From a virus (lineage: Duplodnaviria > Caudoviricetes): DNA of 60,237 nucleotides. The notes beneath the pieces were generated by a model. It ran no database searches and was not told where the DNA came from. It saw nothing but the letters and a program-made list of their open reading frames with translations. Positions within the stretch are counted from its first letter, which is position 1; each line of letters opens with the position of its first letter. Made by a program: the position numbers and the translations under genes. Positions 9,595 through 18,365 of this stretch are shown here, one piece after another. The stretch is from the IMG/VR virus record IMGVR_UViG_3300045110_000134, positions 1 through 60,237 of that record; one strand, 5' to 3'.

Positions 9595-11465
9595 CGCAGT
9601 TCTCAATCGAACCGCCAGATCAGACAGCAACTAAGTTCGAGGTTGAGCCTCCGTCTACCAGTGGCGAGGCTCCCGCGACTCCCGGCTTCCTGAAACAACT
9701 GATCGCACCTTACAACCCAGGCGCGGAAGACTTGAACCCTGCCCTACGCTTTCTTGACCAGGCGGGCGGAGCTCTCCTCGGGGCTGGGCCTGCTGTGTAC
9801 CACGCCTTCGCGGATGAGCCCACGGAAGAGGAGAACAAGAAGTTCAAGGGCGACACGGGTGGACTGAAGCGGGTAGGTCTCGGAATCCAGAGACTTGTGG
9901 TGGACCCGGTGGCCAGCGCAGCAGAGGACTACGCTTCGGGTAAGGTTACCCCGAAAGCGGCGCTCGATGTTCTGCCGGAAGCGCTCGGGGCTGGTACGGG
10001 GACGTTTGTGGCAAGTGAGGCTGGCGGACGCGCACTGTCGAAGGTAGGGGAGTTTCGTACCCAGATGGGCGGAGGTCCACAAGGCTTTGCTCGCAAGTTT
10101 ACCGGGGTAGAGTCTGCGCTGAAGGATGAGGTCACCAAGGCAGCCGAGAAGCAGGGTGTTGCGGAAGTGAAGCACGCAGAGGCTACGGGTGACGTGGCAG
10201 CGCGGCAGGACGTTGCGAAGAAGCTAGACCAGTCCAGCGTCAAACTGAGTAAGCACCTTGAGAGAGTAGAGAACTCGGTAGCCAAGGAAGCGGATGCCAA
10301 GTTTAAGGCGGTGCGCGAGAAGTTGGGAATTACCGAAGAGAATCCGGGTCCGGAAGTTCCTCCCGACCAAATGGTAGAGACTGTACGGGACATCGAAGAG
10401 AACGTCCTGCAAAACATTCCAGAGAATGTGAAGGAATTTCGGGCTGTCCTGGGGCACGGGGAAGAAGCGGCGCCTGGTATGCGTGCTGCGTTCAAGGAGG
10501 CCACCGGGAAAGAAGCGCTGGGAGGCAAGCCGTTTACTTGGGATGAACTCCAGTCGCTCAAGAGCCGGATTGACGCACGGTTACGAAAGTCGCGTGGCAT
10601 GAATGGAGATCTGAAGCGCGGATTGCGTCAACTGCGGGATCAGACGGTTGATGAAATGGGAGGTATCGCAGAACCGGCCGGCGCCAGCGATTTGTGGAAT
10701 GATGCGAGGGCCTTCTACCGCAACTACAAAACAGACTTTCACGAACCCACTGGTCCCTCTGGTTCCGGTTCTCCCGTGGCCAAGGCTCTTGACGCTGTAG
10801 ACCCGAAGATGATGCGCCAGCCGTTTACCGGGGCTGCGAACTCAAGCCTGGGCAATCGCGGAGTGGACATCCTTCGAAAATACCCGCAACATGGCGGGAA
10901 TGAAGCAGCGGCAGCAGTGGAAGAGATGCTTGGACACCATGAAAGCCTGCGACGGATGCCCGACAAAGCGGCGCCGAAACCTCTCCAGGCTCCCGTGGTA
11001 GATGCTTCCCTGGTAGCTCGCAAGGCGATAGCGCGGCGGGCGGCTCGCTGGGGAGACTTTAACGCTCGCGACATGGGCATCCTGGCCTCGGGTGGCCTCG
11101 GTGAATTGATTGGCGGTCTCTTCGGAGGGAACCTGATTGAGCGTGTAGGCGGCGCCTTGGCCGGCGTAGGGGCCTACGAAGGTGGGAAGTACGTCGGTTC
11201 CAGGCTTATGAATAAGCCAGAGGTCATCGAGTGGCTGTCCCGGACCCCTCCGGAAGAGATAGCGGCCATCAACAAGATCCCCGGCGCGGACAAGGTTAAG
11301 ATTATCAACGCGCTGACTGCACAGGCGGTAGGGTCCAAGGTGGAACTCTCCCCAGCGGCCAAGCAGTTACTCGGTCCCGCGAATGTAGCGCGGATCATGG
11401 GCGCCTCGGCCGGGATGTCTACCGTCCACAACCGCAAGGAAGCGCTCGAACTCATGGGCCGGTAA
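9579..11465 (+). CDS. Ejection/internal virion protein 3
   Basis: 628 aa, helical, with Gly-rich hydrophobic segments (ILASGGLGELIGGLFGG). Confidence 0.55.
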   Translation: MGGTVTQFSIEPPDQTATKFEVEPPSTSGEAPATPGFLKQLIAPYNPGAEDLNPALRFLDQAGGALLGAGPAVYHAFADEPTEEENKKFKGDTGGLKRVGLGIQRLVVDPVASAAEDYASGKVTPKAALDVLPEALGAGTGTFVASEAGGRALSKVGEFRTQMGGGPQGFARKFTGVESALKDEVTKAAEKQGVAEVKHAEATGDVAARQDVAKKLDQSSVKLSKHLERVENSVAKEADAKFKAVREKLGITEENPGPEVPPDQMVETVRDIEENVLQNIPENVKEFRAVLGHGEEAAPGMRAAFKEATGKEALGGKPFTWDELQSLKSRIDARLRKSRGMNGDLKRGLRQLRDQTVDEMGGIAEPAGASDLWNDARAFYRNYKTDFHEPTGPSGSGSPVAKALDAVDPKMMRQPFTGAANSSLGNRGVDILRKYPQHGGNEAAAAVEEMLGHHESLRRMPDKAAPKPLQAPVVDASLVARKAIARRAARWGDFNARDMGILASGGLGELIGGLFGGNLIERVGGALAGVGAYEGGKYVGSRLMNKPEVIEWLSRTPPEEIAAINKIPGADKVKIINALTAQAVGSKVELSPAAKQLLGPANVARIMGASAGMSTVHNRKEALELMGR

Positions 11466-11538
11466 CCCGAAGTGCCGAGATAGGGGGCAGGCATCCAAGT
11501 ACGCACTCGGGCCTGTACGTTGACGCGCCTGCCAACCC

Positions 11539-12528
11539 ATGATCACCCCTGAACTGCTAACAAACTACGAGACTTGCTCGCGCAAAGGGGCCTGGTCGCG
11601 TTCCTGGCAGCCTAGGAAGCTAACTATCACCCAGATGATGCAGGAAGCCATCCGGGAGGCTTTGCTGGCCCCAGAGGGCGACCCAGGCGAAATAGCGGGT
11701 AGCGCCATGCTCCAGTTAGCCCAGGACAGGGGTTTAGAGACCGAAACCCACAAAGTCTACGATTCCGTCATCCACCATGCCAACATCGCTGACCTGGTAG
11801 CGACCCTCCTCCGCAAGCCTGGGGAACCTCCCTGGCGCATCCCGGAATCTATGGATAACTGGATACCGGGGTGCTATCTGTCAGCCGGTGGGGATTTCCT
11901 GCGGCGGGTGGTGCTGGTAACGCATTGGAATGACGAACGCCATATCAGCGAGTGCCGATCCTGGTTCACCCTTGGCGAGCAGGCGCACTACGAGCTCCCG
12001 ATGCAGTTGGCTGTCATCATCCTCGGGCAGCAGAGGGACGGGCAGAGGATTGCGAGTCCGTGGGCTACCGGGTTCCTGCATCCTCTGAACCATGAACTGC
12101 GGTTCCGGAAGCGGGACAAGGGAGTACGGCAACCAGGGAACATCTTTGGTGAAACCTGGCAGCGGATACACCGCGAGGATCACGACGAAATCAGCCGGGA
12201 AACCTGGCTAGAATCTATGCTGAAGGATGACGTGCTCTACGAGGTCTGCTTCCGGGAAGATATTCCTCTTCCGAATCCGGCTCATCTTGTTCGAGTTCGG
12301 GACATGGCAAGTACAAAATTAGAAAGGCTTTACGGTCAGCGGGGAGTGCCGGAAGCGAATCTCTCATCATGTGACTGGCCTATCCCTTGCCCGTTCCGGA
12401 AGTGCTGTCACACGCTACCAGAGGCCCAGCCGGAAGAGAAGTACGGGTTTATCCAAATAGAGCGTCGTATCCCGCTCCCCAAGGTTGGCATCCCCACTTC
12501 TGTTGGAACACTGCCCGGTCCCGGTTAG
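11539..12528 (+). CDS. Cas4/AddB-like PD-(D/E)XK-fold protein with Fe-S cysteines; catalytic motif looks degenerate
   Basis: N-terminal YETCSRK and C-terminal SCDWPIPCPFRKCC bracket; no clear D...ExK. Confidence 0.6.
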   Translation: MITPELLTNYETCSRKGAWSRSWQPRKLTITQMMQEAIREALLAPEGDPGEIAGSAMLQLAQDRGLETETHKVYDSVIHHANIADLVATLLRKPGEPPWRIPESMDNWIPGCYLSAGGDFLRRVVLVTHWNDERHISECRSWFTLGEQAHYELPMQLAVIILGQQRDGQRIASPWATGFLHPLNHELRFRKRDKGVRQPGNIFGETWQRIHREDHDEISRETWLESMLKDDVLYEVCFREDIPLPNPAHLVRVRDMASTKLERLYGQRGVPEANLSSCDWPIPCPFRKCCHTLPEAQPEEKYGFIQIERRIPLPKVGIPTSVGTLPGPG

Positions 12529-13135
12529 CCTGTCCCTCAATCTCCGCACGCTCCTCTGGTGGAGCAAGGTTTAAGGTGGACGAACGCTCATGGAAGAATG
12601 GAACGTTCGCCTTCCACAGTGGCACCCCGGCCTTGTGCGCTCGAACGTGAAAGTCGTTGTCAGAAGCGTAGTGCTTCATGGTCTCGTCAAACGGTCCAAC
12701 CTTCTCCCAAACCTCACGCTTGATTAGGAATCCGGAGAAATCCGGGTGCGGGTGCAACTCTCCCATCGGCGCCGGCTCCGCAATCTGCTCCATCTTGTCC
12801 ACGGAGACTCCGGAGACGAACGGCTTGTCATAGGACAGCAGTTGTTTATAGAACCACAGAGGAAGTACGACATCATTGTTTATAACGAGAACGTAAGGTA
12901 CCTTCAAGTCTCCAAAGAGTGCATTCAACCCCAAATTCCACCCTTTGCTGACCCCTGCGTTATATTCAAAGGTGCCAAGCATTACGGCGCGCCCGGTGTA
13001 GATACACTCCCTAGTTCCGTCCGTGCTCCCGTTGTCTACCACGTAAAGCATGGACTCCGCATCGCGCATCACCGAAGCGGCCGCACGCATGGTGAGCGCG
13101 AGGTTGTTGCGGGTGAGCATCAAGACGGGGTTCAT
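12449..13135 (-). CDS. Glycosyltransferase family 2
   Basis: VVDNGSTDGT, NAGVSKGWNLGL, VINNDV, VGPFDE, SDNDFHVRA. Confidence 0.9.
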   Translation of the reverse strand: MNPVLMLTRNNLALTMRAAASVMRDAESMLYVVDNGSTDGTRECIYTGRAVMLGTFEYNAGVSKGWNLGLNALFGDLKVPYVLVINNDVVLPLWFYKQLLSYDKPFVSGVSVDKMEQIAEPAPMGELHPHPDFSGFLIKREVWEKVGPFDETMKHYASDNDFHVRAHKAGVPLWKANVPFFHERSSTLNLAPPEERAEIEGQANRDRAVFQQKWGCQPWGAGYDALFG

Positions 13136-13329
13136 TTCGCTCTCTTAACGTAGGAGGATGGATTGTCGCAATGCCTGTGTTCCATACGAACGCTACTCCC
13201 GTGGAAAACAAAGTGCCATTTGTCGTGTAGCTCAATCGGGCGCTTGCAACGAGCGCAGACCCGGACGCGCACAGTCGGAGTAATAGACTGCTTACACTCG
13301 GGACAACGGTTCACTCCATCACGCTCCAT
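13132..13329 (-). CDS. Small zinc-binding protein
   Basis: CPEC, CARC, HRHC; coupled to neighbours. Confidence 0.6.
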   Translation of the reverse strand: MERDGVNRCPECKQSITPTVRVRVCARCKRPIELHDKWHFVFHGSSVRMEHRHCDNPSSYVKRAK

Positions 13330-14375
13330 TCCTGCACGGCGTCGATGATCTTCTTTACATCCTCATCCGAAAGCCACCAACCCACAGGAATTGAGCACTG
13401 GTGATCGTTGAACTGCTTTACTCCCGGCAAGGGCTGTTCTATTGCTGTGAAAATCGGGTGTCGATCATTCCGGTTGTGAGTCCGCGCAGCCTGAATCCCG
13501 CGCTCTGCCATGTGCTTTACGAAGCCGTCGCGGTCGTCCACCATCACGTTGTACATCCAGCGGCTAGAAACGGCTATCGGGCGCTTCGCTAACTCCGCAT
13601 CGTCGTAAGCCAGAGCATGACGATGGTGCTGTCCTATGTTTTTCTGGACGTGGGGTAGGTTGGCCAGTCCGATCGAGGCTGCGATGTCCGTCATGTGAAA
13701 CTTGTACCCCTTCATGGTCACTTCCTGGTCGCAGCGGAAGCCTCCACCTTTGCGGTCCAGTCCACACCAGCGTTTCAGTGTAGCCACGTCGCGTACTAGT
13801 GGGTCCATGATCGAGATAGCCCCACCATCCCCCGTGGTCAAATGCTTGATGGCCTGGAACGAGTAGCAAACCAGATAGTCCCACTTGTCGGCGCCGCGGT
13901 TCGCTCCAAACGAGTGAGCAGCGTCCACAATCAACGTCGCGTGGTATTCGTCGGCCAGAGAGTGCAGGGCCGGGATGTCGCAGACCGTGCCCGCGTAGTC
14001 CACGCAGCAGATGGCAACCGTGCTCGGGTATTTCTTCAACAGTTTTTCAACAGAGTTTGGGTCGATCAATCCCGTGTCCGGGTAGACATCGGCCCAGAGG
14101 ATGTTCGCCCCCAGATGCGCGAGTGGGACGTTGGCGAGCAGGCAAGTCATGGGGGTCGCTATCACATAGTCCCCCGGCCTGATGCCGGCCAAGTCGTAGG
14201 CCAGCCAGAGCGCGGAGGTTCCAGAGTTTACGGTGACGTTGTTCCCGATCCAGGAGCCAAGCGCTACCTCGAACTCGTCTACCATTGGCCCCTGGCCGAT
14301 ACAGGACGAGCCCAGCGTAGTCGCAACCATTCCTGCCGCCTCTGGTGCAATGAAATGCTTGAAAAGCGGGATCAT
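13311..14375 (-). CDS. DegT/DnrJ/EryC1/StrS PLP-dependent sugar aminotransferase
   Basis: VNSGTSAL, IVDAAHSFGA, SFQAIKHLTTGDGG (PLP lysine), GYKFHMTDIAASIG. Confidence 0.93.
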   Translation of the reverse strand: MIPLFKHFIAPEAAGMVATTLGSSCIGQGPMVDEFEVALGSWIGNNVTVNSGTSALWLAYDLAGIRPGDYVIATPMTCLLANVPLAHLGANILWADVYPDTGLIDPNSVEKLLKKYPSTVAICCVDYAGTVCDIPALHSLADEYHATLIVDAAHSFGANRGADKWDYLVCYSFQAIKHLTTGDGGAISIMDPLVRDVATLKRWCGLDRKGGGFRCDQEVTMKGYKFHMTDIAASIGLANLPHVQKNIGQHHRHALAYDDAELAKRPIAVSSRWMYNVMVDDRDGFVKHMAERGIQAARTHNRNDRHPIFTAIEQPLPGVKQFNDHQCSIPVGWWLSDEDVKKIIDAVQEWSVME

Positions 14376-15022
14376 AACCCTCCGTTAACCTTCACAGTGG
14401 CGCCGGTCAGGTATTCGCACTCAATCAGGAACCGGCACGCTTCCGCCAGAGCTCCCACGGTTCCCAAATCCTGCAGCGGGATCTTGTCCACGATGGTCTG
14501 CAAGTGCTGTCCCGGCAACTGTGAAATCATGCCGCGGTTGAAGTATCCCAGTTCCAGGCAGTTCACTCGCGTACCCCACCCCGCGAACTCTTTGCTGGCT
14601 ACTCTGGTCAGTCCATTGAGCGCAGCCTTCGATGCGGAATAGACCGCCGTTCCTGCAGGGCCATCGCTTGCGGTCACAGAGGAAAACATGGTGAACGTTC
14701 CCCCGTGCGCCTTGTAAATCTCCCGTGCGTACTTCAGCATGAGGATGTTCGATACAAGGTTGACGCGCAGCATCCTGTTGATGTCGGAAACCTCCGTCTT
14801 GTGAATCATTCCGGAGATTGAGACCCCGGTTGCGTTAATGACGTGCAGCGGGCCATCGCACACGATGGTCTCAAAGAACAGCCGGATAGAAGCCTCGGAT
14901 TCCACATCGCAGTGCCGGCGCCCGATGGCCGATACTACCTGGGTGCCAGCGTAGATGCCGCAGAGCGCCTGGTGGAGAGGTTGACCGAGACCGCCTGTTA
15001 CTCCGCCCATGACCAGAATCAC
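14372..15022 (-). CDS. Short-chain dehydrogenase/reductase (FabG/PhaB-like)
   Basis: GTG start with GGAGG RBS overlapping the GNAT stop; GGVTGGLG, YSASKAAL (YxxxK), YLTGATVKVNGG. Confidence 0.88.
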   Translation of the reverse strand: MILVMGGVTGGLGQPLHQALCGIYAGTQVVSAIGRRHCDVESEASIRLFFETIVCDGPLHVINATGVSISGMIHKTEVSDINRMLRVNLVSNILMLKYAREIYKAHGGTFTMFSSVTASDGPAGTAVYSASKAALNGLTRVASKEFAGWGTRVNCLELGYFNRGMISQLPGQHLQTIVDKIPLQDLGTVGALAEACRFLIECEYLTGATVKVNGGL

Positions 15023-15531
15023 GTCAAGTCCTCCCTGAGCATTCCGAAGATGTGCCAGTTGTGCCACGCGCCGGCTCGCCATATATATCCGCGCAGCGTC
15101 CCCTCGGGACGGAATCCTGCTTCCTGGATGATCCTGGCGGCGGCTATGTTTGTGTCCAGGCACTCCGCGGTTACCCGGTGAAACCCTAACTCCTGAATCA
15201 CGTACTCGGCGCCAGAACGAAGGATTCTACGGCCGTATCCCTTCCCTGTGACCTCGGGCAGAACATCTGTCCCGGTCATCCGTGCTTCACTCATGGGGTA
15301 GTCCAGCCTGAACCGGAGCAGGCCCACCGTCTTGTCCACGTCTCCGACAACGTAAGCCTGGTTGAGATTATCGAGCGTCAAGTACCAGGCATCCTGGTTG
15401 TGAATGGTTTGTACGCTTCTGGGATCGCGCCAGCCGGAAGTGTTGCGGGGATCGTTTCGCATCTCGCGCAGCATGGCTAGATCGAACTCCTCTACTTCGC
15501 GGAAATGGAGACCGTTACGATGAAAGGCCAT
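15019..15531 (-). CDS. GNAT N-acyltransferase (RimJ/PseH-like)
   Basis: MRNDP, GKGYGRR, LGFHRV.AE....NIAA....AGFRPEGTLR. Confidence 0.88.
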   Translation of the reverse strand: MAFHRNGLHFREVEEFDLAMLREMRNDPRNTSGWRDPRSVQTIHNQDAWYLTLDNLNQAYVVGDVDKTVGLLRFRLDYPMSEARMTGTDVLPEVTGKGYGRRILRSGAEYVIQELGFHRVTAECLDTNIAAARIIQEAGFRPEGTLRGYIWRAGAWHNWHIFGMLREDLT

Positions 15532-15778
15532 TTAGCCTCTCAATCTCACGCTGCACGTACCATGCGGCCTTTTTCAAATCCTCAACCCCGTTCTTATGGT
15601 CCGCCCGCCACAGGTACTTCATCGCGTTCCCCACGTTGAACGTCATGTGCTCGACAACGGTAATACACTCGACTCCGGACGGGTGAGAGGTATAGTGCTT
15701 CGGGTGGTTGACGGTCTCTTGCACCCTCGGCACAGGGTTGTGCTCGGCACGATTTTTTGTTTCCCGCAATTTCTGCAT
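15515..15778 (-). CDS. DUF3310 (SaV-like) protein
   Basis: VNHPKHY...GVECI...FNVGNAMKYLWRADHKNGVEDLKKAAWYVQREI; start may be GTG near 15724. Confidence 0.9.
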   Translation of the reverse strand: MQKLRETKNRAEHNPVPRVQETVNHPKHYTSHPSGVECITVVEHMTFNVGNAMKYLWRADHKNGVEDLKKAAWYVQREIERLNGLSS

Positions 15779-15825
15779 AGACCTTCTGCCAGTTTACGTT
15801 TACGCCAACGCTGCTCTTTGGTCAT
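15643..15825 (-). CDS. Small zinc-finger protein overlapping DUF3310
   Basis: ATGA coupling to upstream GT; GLCRNCGK...LCRGC. Confidence 0.45.
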   Translation of the reverse strand: MTKEQRWRKRKLAEGLCRNCGKQKIVPSTTLCRGCKRPSTTRSTIPLTRPESSVLPLSST

Positions 15826-16547
15826 GGAACCCTTATCGGAAGTACATCCCTGAACTCTTTGTAGAGGTACAGATGCCACCACTGGTGCATCGCCGCATCG
15901 GAACCCCAGTTCGTCGTCGCAGCCCACGCCGGGTAATCAAACTTCCCGTCTCCGCGCACCCCGCCACTCGAATGCTCACAGTCGATACCGACCAGCCGTA
16001 CTTTCTTCTTGTGGCGTGCCGCCATCATGCAAATCCACATGTCGCTGCCGTGTGAAGGTGGCGCAAACATCGGCCATCCGCCTATCAGGTCTAGGAACGA
16101 TCGCCGCACGATCAGCGAGAAGCTGTCAATCATAGCCACGTCCATGCTCCCGGTGCAGCGCTGCCCGTGGTTGAACCAGTCGCGCATATTCGAGTAGCAG
16201 CCTCCGCGGGCCAACTGGCGGAAGTCGTAAGGGTCCACGTAGATGTTTGCACGGCCAAGTTCCTTCGCTCCGAAGAAGCTGACCAGGACTACGCTGGGGT
16301 CTTCAAACTCCTTGAGCACGCGCACGTCCCAGTCCCTTTCGCGAATGAACAGGTCGGAATGGAAGTACGCGATTACGTCCGCATAGGTTGATGCGTAAAA
16401 CTTCTGCACCTTCTGCAAGTAGCCGGCGTCCTCGCCTTCAATGGTAGCGTCAACCTCTACTGGCCAAAGTGTGTACTCAAGTGTCAGCCAAGACTCAACG
16501 GCCGCTTCGTGGCCTCCCGTGCTCGGGCACATGATGGCAAGTTTCAT
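15822..16547 (-). CDS. GT-A fold glycosyltransferase-like protein
   Basis: ATGA coupling; ADVIAYFHSDL, VAMIDSFSLIVRR, HGSDMWIC, CEHSSGG. Confidence 0.75.
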   Translation of the reverse strand: MKLAIMCPSTGGHEAAVESWLTLEYTLWPVEVDATIEGEDAGYLQKVQKFYASTYADVIAYFHSDLFIRERDWDVRVLKEFEDPSVVLVSFFGAKELGRANIYVDPYDFRQLARGGCYSNMRDWFNHGQRCTGSMDVAMIDSFSLIVRRSFLDLIGGWPMFAPPSHGSDMWICMMAARHKKKVRLVGIDCEHSSGGVRGDGKFDYPAWAATTNWGSDAAMHQWWHLYLYKEFRDVLPIRVP

Positions 16548-17734
16548 AGTCCCTTCCTGAACCACTCCGCCCAGCGCGACCAAAGATTGTTCCAGTCTAG
16601 ATGCTCGGGGAGTCTTACCTGGTTTGTAGCGTCCCATGTTTTGATGGTCTCTACCCAGTCTCCCCAAATAAACACGGGTCGGTAGCAGTTGTACGGAGTT
16701 TCCAGGTGAAAGCATTCCGGCTTAATCTTCATCCTGGAATCCAGGTGCTCCGCGGCACCTGCGTAGTCCCCGTGGAAGCATGGCACCCCGCACGCGAGCG
16801 ATTCAAAGATCGGGTAGCCAAACCCTTCCCCTAGCCCTATTCCCAGCGTGATGTCGCAAGCGCTGTAGCACTGCGCCATCTGCTCATCCGAAAGCGCGGC
16901 CACGGTCAGCGCATGGTTCTTGGTGCCGTAGTCATGAATCAGCGCCGGCAGTCCCCAGGAGTTTTCCAGCCTGTCAGTGTGAATCCAGGCCAGTATCTTC
17001 CCTTCCTTGGCTTGCGATAGCTCCGCGAGGATCTGGAACGCGAGACCGTAATCCTTTCGCAACTGATTGGTTGCCACGATGCCAACAACGTAGAAGTCGT
17101 CCGGGATAGACAGCCATTTACCAGCCTGGTTTCTCATCCCAATGCGCTCCCCAAATCCCGTGCGGGATTCTTTCTTGTTGTACGGATGGAACACGGAGGT
17201 ATCGAGACCGTGCGGAAGATTGGTCAAGGTTTCCAGTAGCGGCTTTTTCCACAAGGTACGGCGCAAGATGTCTTCTGACCATTTCGAGTACGCAAGCACC
17301 CTGTCATACCCCTCGATTGTGTGCTTTAGAACAACCGTAAGCCGGTCGTTCGGGCCAGTAGCGTCAATCGGGAAGTATCCCCACTTTTGGAAAGTGGCTT
17401 CCTTCAGGAACTTTTGCAGGACGGGATTCTCGCAATTCTCCGGACGCGCAAACCAGAGCAAGCGGCTCGCGTCCCAAATGGTCATTACGATTCCATTCTC
17501 TTCGCCGGCAAAGTCCTCCCAAACTTCCGGCAGGTTGTGGATGACCCAGTTGTGCATCTCCATGTTGTACTGATTGAACGGAAGTTTGCGCGAGTAGGGA
17601 CCGCCATACCCAAGAGTCGCAACCCGAAACTCGGGCAGGTGCTCTGCGATGCGCGTAGCGAGGTCTTTGGTAATCCTTCCCAGGCCAGTACCGGACGTAG
17701 GAGCGTCACTGATTATCAGAAGTGGAGTCGGCAT
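16544..17734 (-). CDS. Glycosyltransferase family 4 (GT-B)
   Basis: ISDAPTSGTGLGR, LPHGLDTSVFHP, NQLRKD, GEGFGYPIFESLACGVP. Confidence 0.9.
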   Translation of the reverse strand: MPTPLLIISDAPTSGTGLGRITKDLATRIAEHLPEFRVATLGYGGPYSRKLPFNQYNMEMHNWVIHNLPEVWEDFAGEENGIVMTIWDASRLLWFARPENCENPVLQKFLKEATFQKWGYFPIDATGPNDRLTVVLKHTIEGYDRVLAYSKWSEDILRRTLWKKPLLETLTNLPHGLDTSVFHPYNKKESRTGFGERIGMRNQAGKWLSIPDDFYVVGIVATNQLRKDYGLAFQILAELSQAKEGKILAWIHTDRLENSWGLPALIHDYGTKNHALTVAALSDEQMAQCYSACDITLGIGLGEGFGYPIFESLACGVPCFHGDYAGAAEHLDSRMKIKPECFHLETPYNCYRPVFIWGDWVETIKTWDATNQVRLPEHLDWNNLWSRWAEWFRKGL

Positions 17735-18136
17735 CTATCCTTTTGTTCCGATCGCGAAATCATCTGGCAAGGTCTCTTCTTCGCTCTGCGGTGCTGCTAC
17801 TGCGAGACGCTCCGGGATAATGCTTTTCACTTTGGACAGATCTACGTTCGAGTACCACTTGGCCAGTTCCTCAGGTGACAGGTTGGGAGGCGGGGACGGA
17901 GTGGGAGTATCCGTCCTTTCGGTGATCGGCCTAGCCTCCGACTCAAGGATTGCTTTCGGAGTCTCCCCAGGATGAAGCTGGTCATGCAGTGAACGAATGG
18001 TGCGCTCCAACTTGGGAATCTCCAAGTCGAGCGAGAGTAACTTGCTCTGCGCTGCGACACGCTCCGCCTTGGCCCTGGCAAGACGGTCCTGTGCCTCACG
18101 CAAGGCTCGGGCGAAGCTATTGGTGCGACGGGGCAT
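17735..18136 (-). CDS. Coiled-coil hypothetical protein
   Basis: Abuts neighbours; heptad pattern LDLEIPKLERTIRSL. Confidence 0.7.
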   Translation of the reverse strand: MPRRTNSFARALREAQDRLARAKAERVAAQSKLLSLDLEIPKLERTIRSLHDQLHPGETPKAILESEARPITERTDTPTPSPPPNLSPEELAKWYSNVDLSKVKSIIPERLAVAAPQSEEETLPDDFAIGTKG

Positions 18137-18364
18137 TTACTGAACCTGTTTTAACTGAAACCCTTGGCTAAGTAGCCACTGCTCAAGTCGAGCAAGGTTG
18201 TTGGCTACTGTCGGATTGTGCTCGTGTTCGAGAACCCAGCAGAGCGCGTCGGCTACAAATTCCAAGGGAGAACCCTCCTCACCTAACTGTTGGCGCAGAG
18301 TATCGTCCAACAAAACGCTGGTGATTAAGTCGTGCGCCCGCTGAATTTCCACTTCGGCCTTCAT
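18137..18364 (-). CDS. Hypothetical protein
   Basis: Abuts neighbours; ALCWVL motif. Confidence 0.7.
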   Translation of the reverse strand: MKAEVEIQRAHDLITSVLLDDTLRQQLGEEGSPLEFVADALCWVLEHEHNPTVANNLARLEQWLLSQGFQLKQVQ

Positions 18365-18365
18365 T

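Noticed and set aside
12449-17734. Classical gtrABC serotype-conversion cassette
   Set aside because: No flippase, bactoprenol transferase or multi-pass membrane transferase is present
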